A stretch of 64,000 nt of DNA, taken from the IMG/VR virus record IMGVR_UViG_3300045588_000033, positions 1 through 64,000 of that record; one strand, written 5' to 3'. This document shows, in pieces, positions 59,301 to 64,000 of this stretch. Positions within the stretch are counted from its first letter, which is position 1; every line of letters starts with the position of its first letter. The translations under genes were made by a program, and so were the position numbers. The stretch is from a virus. The notes under the pieces were generated by a model. That model saw only the letters and a list, made by a program, of their open reading frames with translations, ran no database searches and had not been told where the DNA came from.

Positions 59301-62300
59301 GTAGATATGGCTGCTATTAAAGCAAATGCTCCAGAATTATTAAGAATTATTGGATATAGAATTCCTAACGAAGATAAGTACTCAACATTTAATATTGAGA
59401 TAGTAGGATTTACTCCACCAAATATGGGGGGATTAATGATGCTGCCTGTAGAGGTAACCACTTTAGCGGGGCTTGACTTTGATATTGACAAAATGTATAT
59501 GATGGCTAGGTCATTCTATGTCAATAAGAGAGGTAATCCTGTTTATATTAAATACGTAGATAAAGTAGAATCTGAAGAAGATGCACAGACTTTAGCTAAA
59601 AATATATTCTCTAATTTTAAAGATTATAAAAGATTTGTTCTTAAGAATGTTGAAGCCAAGAACGTCGATAAGATGTTAGAAGGACGAACAGATTTATTAG
59701 ACAAGTTAGCTCTTGACCCTGCTATAATGGCGGATAAAGAGGATATCAGCAAATCTATTAAAGAATTAAAAGAAGAGAAAAAAGCTGCTATCTTACTACA
59801 CGGCCCAGATAGTAGATTTGTAAAGTATATTCAAGATAGTTTAGATGATTTATACCTAGCTATTTCCGATGCTGTCCCTTTTAATGAAACACAAACTCCT
59901 TTAACAGCTAAACACGAAGAAGCAATTAACTTTATTGCTAAGAAATTATTAGACAAAGATTTTAATGCTGTAGAATTTAATTCATCATTAGCAAGAGATA
60001 ATAAAAAATTAGAGATTATTCAAGGTATTTTTGAGAATAAGAACACTGCATTGTCTATACTTAACCCTGGAAACTTTGACTCTCTTAAAGAAAATGCTGC
60101 TAGAATTAGATTGCTACAAGCAGGAAAAGAAGTAGAAGGATTAACTAGAGCACAACTTATTAAAGAAACAGAAGCACTAGATAACGAAGAAGATTTTAAT
60201 ATTAACTATCCTTCTACGCAACTAGAGCTATTCAGAAGAAATATGACGGGTAAGCAGTTGATTGGTATTTTTGCTAATCACAATACTCACCATGCTAAAG
60301 CGCAATATACTGACTTGCAATTAAAAACTCCAATTGTTATAAACGGAGTTTCTTATTCTATGTTGAATCAAGTTAAGAATGAACAAGGATCTCGTATTTC
60401 AAAATCACTAGCAACTGACTTAGCAGCTGTAGTGGATACTGCAAAAGATCCAATTGCATCTTTCTTAAATATGAATACGTTTACTGCTAATACACAAGCA
60501 CTGTTGCAGCGATTAGGAGTAAATGATAGAACAGTTTTTGCTCTATTGAACCAGCCTATTATTTTGGAATTAACTCAAAAGTATTTTAACGATAAAGGGT
60601 CGCTATCTGAGGAAAAGCACTTAATGGAAATTAAAGCAAAGTGGCTAAAAACTTTAACAGAAAAGCTAGAAGGAGCAGATATAGATTTAAAAGAATATAA
60701 AGATAATTTAGAATTAAATTTAGAAACTCTAGAAAATAATATCTATCCTAGTAAGACCTTAGAATATTATGCTGAACAATATAGAGCTATTAATGCTTTT
60801 GAAGTTTACTATAAATATGCTACTGAATTAGGCACAGGTGTACAAGCTGCTAAAGTTGATACAACTGGAGTAGGCCCTACAAGTGCTACTAACTTCATCA
60901 TAGTTAATAAGCAAAATAGATTACTAGAAAAAATAAAAGGAAATTCTAATACTATAATTGGATTAGACGAAGTATTTAAAACAGGTACTCGTCAAATAAT
61001 GATTCCTGCATTTAATAAATGGGGTATAGAAGGTCCTATTAATATTCTTAATAAAATATTTGCATCTATTGGTAATTTTAATGCTCAAGGAGAATTAAAT
61101 TTCTCTTCTCTTGGAGAATTAAAAAATTGGTTCGACAAGCAAAAAGGTGATTTTTCTTCTTTAACTGAAAAAGAAGCAGGAATGATTGACATAAATTACA
61201 TCAATTTCTTGGCAAGTAAATTTCCTTTCTTTGACTACAGCAAAAGTGCTAATATTCTAAATAATTTACCCGATGCTTTAGTCGCTTTTAAAAAGGAAAT
61301 GCCTACTAATTCTCCTTATAGTTCATTGCTGAATTCTTTGTATGTAGTAGCTCCCGACGGTAGTTCTAATATCAAAAGAATTGACTTTTACACTACAGGT
61401 AAAAATTCTCTAGATACTCAGAGAAGTAGAGAAGCTTGGGAAAGAATGTTAATAGATGAGAATCCTGCAGTAAAAGAATTGGCACTTAAATTAGTTCAAT
61501 ATACTTTCTTCTCTGCAGGTTACGGATTTGGACCATTTACTTTTGCTAATATAGTTCCAGTTAAGTTTTGGACAAATAAATATCAAATAGAAAATAATAT
61601 TGTAGATTCTAAGGGAAGACCATTTAATCTTTTCTTATCGTCTGCTTTAGAGTCTGATTTCTTGAAAAATGATCCAGTAGTTGCGGATAGATTTAAGAAA
61701 CAATTTATTCAAAATTACGCAGATAAAGAGCAGTTTACTAAAACTGTTAAAGTAGACAAGGTATTTACACCAGGTGCAGGAAAAACTAAAGAACAATTAG
61801 ATTTCGATACTACAATGGCTGCCAAAGAAGCTCCACAAGGAGTTATTATGACTGCTAAAGGTAATTTAATTGTTAATAGAGATAAGAATCCTCAATTGCT
61901 TCCTTTTGGTCTTAAAGCTGCTCCTGTAAAATATATTAAAGTTTATAATAAAAAAGGAGGATTTACTTTATACGAATATAAAGAAACTGCTTTTGACCAA
62001 AAAAACAATGATATTTATGAAGGAAAAACTAAAATAGACACTGTAACATATTTCCCTATAAATACTTTAGGTACTTCAAACTTTGCTTTAGAATTTAATT
62101 ATAATGATGATATTTCAAAGTCAATACTTGAGGGTACTAAAAAAGTGGCAACTGCTAGTCCTATATCACAAATGGACGCAGAAATGGACAGAATAACTCA
62201 AGAATCACTAGCAGGCATAGAACAAGATGCCTTACAAGATATTAGATCTCTAAGTCCTACTACTGCTCCAACTACTAGCACTAGCCCTTTAGATCTTTTA

Positions 62301-62549
62301 GGACAAATGGCAGATAGAAATTTAGAACCTGAAAAAGAAACTCCTGCAGCTACTAAATCTCCATTAGATTTACTCGGGCAGATGGCAGATACAAGTAGAA
62401 ACGCTGAGGGATTGTTTGAAAAATTAGGAGGAGATTCTTATAAAGAATATACAGATGCAGGCGGTACTGAGATAAGTAAAAAAGATTTCTTATCTTTAAG
62501 CCAACAATCTCAGGATAATGCAATATTTCAAGCTAAAAATTGTAAATAA
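53346..62549 (+). CDS. Giant virion-packaged single-chain RNA polymerase (phi14:2 gp66-like) with zincin-like domain
   Basis: GYRIP and AGLDFDIDK catalytic loop (59475-59492); HEAFH...EELLAD zincin motif (55383-55397). Confidence 0.9.
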   Translation: MACQYWYNNAWRSEEEFKNILDSGLLDNLIKDKKVSIPGLKADAKKAREFAKAGIKKQPLRLRIINKIQARINNEREPITGAFVNNNPVKVLAQATAEKKQKNPKAAQIPFLIVIKVKGELKVGKETKNTEKLRNEILNSKISGTIVENLKEGIPYMMVPSAYGLYPIQMKSHAVKDTTAFTGLKTAVKALQTANPQDFFLTKKNIEKMLYQTTIDIEAGKYKVVRQDPTTKLAVTKLFSTAEETSAYLGNLLYRCDYTKINSVVGGTDYNTQLANIGAVSTDLFSEDGNFFNSSSFVIEAYQISPEDKATLELLIESKVGPNPASVSFSNAVAQQNTTAPAASINKADESPIFNTPIDQVNAAIAASTGEIIRDYTIAPNTNFPIARVIASVKDGVVTVQSIQLISKSKQVNQSDKITISPKKPTSKQQQAATKAFFESKDIIAIKEKATKTPAPTGVVDWLNLISKATSSKELDAIVDQIDKADAMTQALMEDIATTRLILPETSPTTKSPSAITAALQQMVDQELTDLAPEVEEEGMDTLEGMIARSKETVAEEPIAEESMDFGSLFDDEVDIEGKTLEEVPNAVKTRLRQTPKTDGTKWSKKEEITKLREMIGNRSKKNNGKVRIFKSLEALEEYLPAETYEMLLEARKHGKQLHGVFTEAALYLSENAAAGTTYHEAFHVIFNLALPLETRVKILNEALEKYPEELPLVKVVDASGKETFRMPTFIEIEELLADKFMDYVMSKEEDKFGDKDFEFTTLGKTFRGMYRMLEVFFHPSRKIDIDQLFEDINWGVYKYSVNFRNTVLPFQVKLKQTDPDHKYDNGEEERQAFVYMQSRMDDIFDVYRSISIENENKTEREIINTMGVDKFYTQLLSNIFADAKLNRNNSAGQYIMKLYSVLTNGGTAASTVEIEGKLFKQFNKPTDLLQRFNQSLVLRGLHMSYKGAVAAKDNLIGDSANPIETNEENTKSEAWMKGNIEMDPRDSMSQKLKSFFATIPKFVSNRKDARPLLNVFNVQEKEEGGKVFGYLLSRISDSYSVENMMEKLQAIKTEKPYIVHIIEKMEQDSTLKTELWLAIGQKHFATFSFAYDDNGEYKIIKSNRKNFGNIVRDEIIGGFLIQGNPLFEKDAKGRTNFEDINLEKVDALLEALTNIKLSASTINKAEGNTKKAAELLFKVLSNTITKVNINISPEDIYTVWNPETGKASWKNIENLINTLIDITTELSNNKNPFLGLKPDELIVDRKVKGDKNSIEKLGRILQPALEKEVVSAFRNIEGNTVYNLILSNFLNKQLDKFKNEESFQEYLEQISKDSLLSNLPFIKDLNDPDSGVMKALNVIILDGLARKGKKKSVTYEKMSDIEMMATELAMFQNSNSQSKAKYKLPIPSDAPTIPFLESSKFTKEELVDKLTATAKAEFSRITKLRSNTNKDLALIPNYLEKGVDFQILSFLNSKIDKTKVFNEKQVRALIEEFLNNKFIQDHIAYYKKKGIITAVNPTTGEIAFADGLISKSVKNKTEFFKDFLYNTYYMNTQLTTVFGGDPAFYKSTVDYQKRYKQIMSPGIYTDTANLPDTYNAIILNDEEAPTAKETVEVIVELIKNSDLNKEEKAELTALWKTAKHNLTDAATFISPLRKKQQLQGLKRWTPPHEDAYQREIKGLPSLPEDLNLFQPEKPFFFTQRIVNGTVVPTQIKNSEIVLTRELAYKKDTDGNFKFPKLVAIYNTLMNGIETEEGVTRIDTAIFESAVKVGALGNSTNAKGKVRFTSYELQEDGTYALPADTQVITLKSEEWRLQQETPEHYIDSEGNFGTQLRNLAIGDMDLTGTYNINGKSMTGEDVAKLYQELIAEDLKSSFEELKEVFENKDGSIDYERLAEMLRKEVISRDMGQEYLDALAPIKDAMGNTTTTLPLYHPLISYKMMAVMNSFFQNRVTKQKIAGGAVINASSYGVNEDLKFKVDKKLGKITLQAMMPWTSRKYFPLDANGEVDMAAIKANAPELLRIIGYRIPNEDKYSTFNIEIVGFTPPNMGGLMMLPVEVTTLAGLDFDIDKMYMMARSFYVNKRGNPVYIKYVDKVESEEDAQTLAKNIFSNFKDYKRFVLKNVEAKNVDKMLEGRTDLLDKLALDPAIMADKEDISKSIKELKEEKKAAILLHGPDSRFVKYIQDSLDDLYLAISDAVPFNETQTPLTAKHEEAINFIAKKLLDKDFNAVEFNSSLARDNKKLEIIQGIFENKNTALSILNPGNFDSLKENAARIRLLQAGKEVEGLTRAQLIKETEALDNEEDFNINYPSTQLELFRRNMTGKQLIGIFANHNTHHAKAQYTDLQLKTPIVINGVSYSMLNQVKNEQGSRISKSLATDLAAVVDTAKDPIASFLNMNTFTANTQALLQRLGVNDRTVFALLNQPIILELTQKYFNDKGSLSEEKHLMEIKAKWLKTLTEKLEGADIDLKEYKDNLELNLETLENNIYPSKTLEYYAEQYRAINAFEVYYKYATELGTGVQAAKVDTTGVGPTSATNFIIVNKQNRLLEKIKGNSNTIIGLDEVFKTGTRQIMIPAFNKWGIEGPINILNKIFASIGNFNAQGELNFSSLGELKNWFDKQKGDFSSLTEKEAGMIDINYINFLASKFPFFDYSKSANILNNLPDALVAFKKEMPTNSPYSSLLNSLYVVAPDGSSNIKRIDFYTTGKNSLDTQRSREAWERMLIDENPAVKELALKLVQYTFFSAGYGFGPFTFANIVPVKFWTNKYQIENNIVDSKGRPFNLFLSSALESDFLKNDPVVADRFKKQFIQNYADKEQFTKTVKVDKVFTPGAGKTKEQLDFDTTMAAKEAPQGVIMTAKGNLIVNRDKNPQLLPFGLKAAPVKYIKVYNKKGGFTLYEYKETAFDQKNNDIYEGKTKIDTVTYFPINTLGTSNFALEFNYNDDISKSILEGTKKVATASPISQMDAEMDRITQESLAGIEQDALQDIRSLSPTTAPTTSTSPLDLLGQMADRNLEPEKETPAATKSPLDLLGQMADTSRNAEGLFEKLGGDSYKEYTDAGGTEISKKDFLSLSQQSQDNAIFQAKNCK

Positions 62550-62558
62550 ATTTATTTT

Positions 62559-64000
62559 ATGTCACATTGTATAAATACTTCACATCCAGAATATTTAGAG
62601 TTATTACTTCAAACTGAATTAAGTCCAGGTGTTTTAAAAGCTAAAATAGCTACTTGGATGGATAATAATACTGCGGATAGATTTCCTACAGTCTCTGATA
62701 TATTAGATGCTACAGATGATGTTTTATACAATATAGAAAAAGAAACGCATGCTTCCGCAAAAGCTAAAATACTTAAAAAAGTAAATGCTAATAAAGAAGG
62801 TTATGTTTCTCCCTTTAAATATCCAGAACTACTTACATTAGTAGGAATGTATAATAGGAGTCAGCCTAAAAAATCTTTAGAATTACTTAAAGCAGCTTCA
62901 GGAAATTATTATATTAATGTTATAGGCACTGCATTACAACTAACTTCTAAAACTAACGAACAACCTATAAAGGAATTAGAAACTAAATTAAGAAGTTGGG
63001 CAAGAACCCATGGTATCGCTATTGAAGCGATGGAAGATTTAATGAGAAGATTTGATGGTCGCTATAAAGACGGAGCATTAGGATTAGCAGATTTTACTAA
63101 ACAATTAATAGGATTAGCAGACGGTGCTAAAATGGATACTCTGCCTGAAGAAATTGCTCACTTTGCAGTTAGAATCTTAAAAGATAGAGGAGATATAGCG
63201 GTACTAAGAGCATTGGAAGTAGTTAATTTAACTACTGAATATGCAGAAGTATTAGAAGAATACGAAGGTGTTTATACTACCGAAGAGCAATTTAGGGAAG
63301 AAGCATTGGGTAAAATACTAGCCAAAGAAATAGTAGGTCAATATACTAAGCCAGAGGTTGCAAGACCAGAAACCAAAGGATTCCTTGCATATTTAAATGC
63401 TATAAAGGAAAGATTTTTAAAGTGGGTAAAAACTAATTTCAGCAAAGGCACACCTGCTAGAACAGATTTAGAGAATTTTATACAACCATTAGCGCAATCT
63501 ATATTGCAAAATGAGCGATTGGGAGAAATACAAGTGCAAAGAGAATTAGATGTGCTATATCAATTGCCTAAAGAGGAAGAAGAAGAAATTCCCGAAGCAG
63601 AACAGCCTGTAGATTTAGCAATGGAAAGAAAACAAAAATTCTTACAAGAAGCTAAATTACAGATGATAAATCGTATGACGCAATTAGAGCGTGGTGCTAA
63701 AAGTCAGTTAGCTATAGACAGATTAAAATCAGAAATAACAATATTAGAATATCAAATAAGCACTGGACAATTAGATGCAGCTATAAGTAGTTTTGTTATA
63801 TTGGCTCAAAAAGAATTAGGTCAAATTTATAATGTATTAGAAAAAGGAATAGATAGCAGCACTATGAATCCTGGAGTAATTGTAATGTCCAAAGGATTTA
63901 TAGATATGTATTCTAATTTATTTAATACTTTCCTAGCAGATATCTACGATTGGAGAGTTCCTAAAGAAGTTCGACAAGACTTAATAAATACTATCCAAAC
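62559..64000 (+). CDS. Large virion protein, truncated by window edge, with degenerate zincin-like motif
   Basis: Frame from MSHCINTSHPEY apparently open to the edge; TLPEEIAH...EEALGK. Confidence 0.8.
   Translation, partial: MSHCINTSHPEYLELLLQTELSPGVLKAKIATWMDNNTADRFPTVSDILDATDDVLYNIEKETHASAKAKILKKVNANKEGYVSPFKYPELLTLVGMYNRSQPKKSLELLKAASGNYYINVIGTALQLTSKTNEQPIKELETKLRSWARTHGIAIEAMEDLMRRFDGRYKDGALGLADFTKQLIGLADGAKMDTLPEEIAHFAVRILKDRGDIAVLRALEVVNLTTEYAEVLEEYEGVYTTEEQFREEALGKILAKEIVGQYTKPEVARPETKGFLAYLNAIKERFLKWVKTNFSKGTPARTDLENFIQPLAQSILQNERLGEIQVQRELDVLYQLPKEEEEEIPEAEQPVDLAMERKQKFLQEAKLQMINRMTQLERGAKSQLAIDRLKSEITILEYQISTGQLDAAISSFVILAQKELGQIYNVLEKGIDSSTMNPGVIVMSKGFIDMYSNLFNTFLADIYDWRVPKEVRQDLINTIQ

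Noticed and set aside
10989-59491. Numerous short minus-strand ORFs within the structural arm
   Set aside because: Antisense shadows of long, well-supported plus-strand genes
1-64000. Stop-codon reassignment (TAG or TGA) as in some crAss-like phages
   Set aside because: Long genes are intact in the standard code and both TAG (e.g. 48857) and TGA (e.g. 13097) end genes at sensible boundaries

Overview
AT-rich segment of a crAss-like (Crassvirales-type) podophage of a Bacteroidota host, read in the standard genetic code. Left arm (1-9340, minus strand): small early/accessory ORFs, a ~1 kb non-coding structured-RNA cluster with two tRNA-framed RNAs carrying large inserts, and an array of six attC-like hairpin sites (4170-6104) delimiting gene cassettes, with no integrase in the window. 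Divergence region at ~9340-9800 with operator/iteron-like palindromes. Right arm (9802-64000, plus strand): exonuclease, RepL-like wHTH, IHF-like protein, terminase, portal, scaffold, major capsid protein, ring/hub proteins, several fibres, lysis cassette (u-spanin-like, holin, endolysin), IHF-like/tail tubular/tail stabilisation block, cargo proteins, a ferritin and a 3067-aa virion RNA polymerase (DFDID motif). Most striking: the integron-like cassette array whose hairpin loops encode start codons and N-terminal halves of proteins completed by the next cassette; terminal cysteines that could chain the giant ejected proteins head-to-tail; about 16 [YF]xxGG motifs punctuating the cargo proteins. 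All calls are by eye, without database searches.
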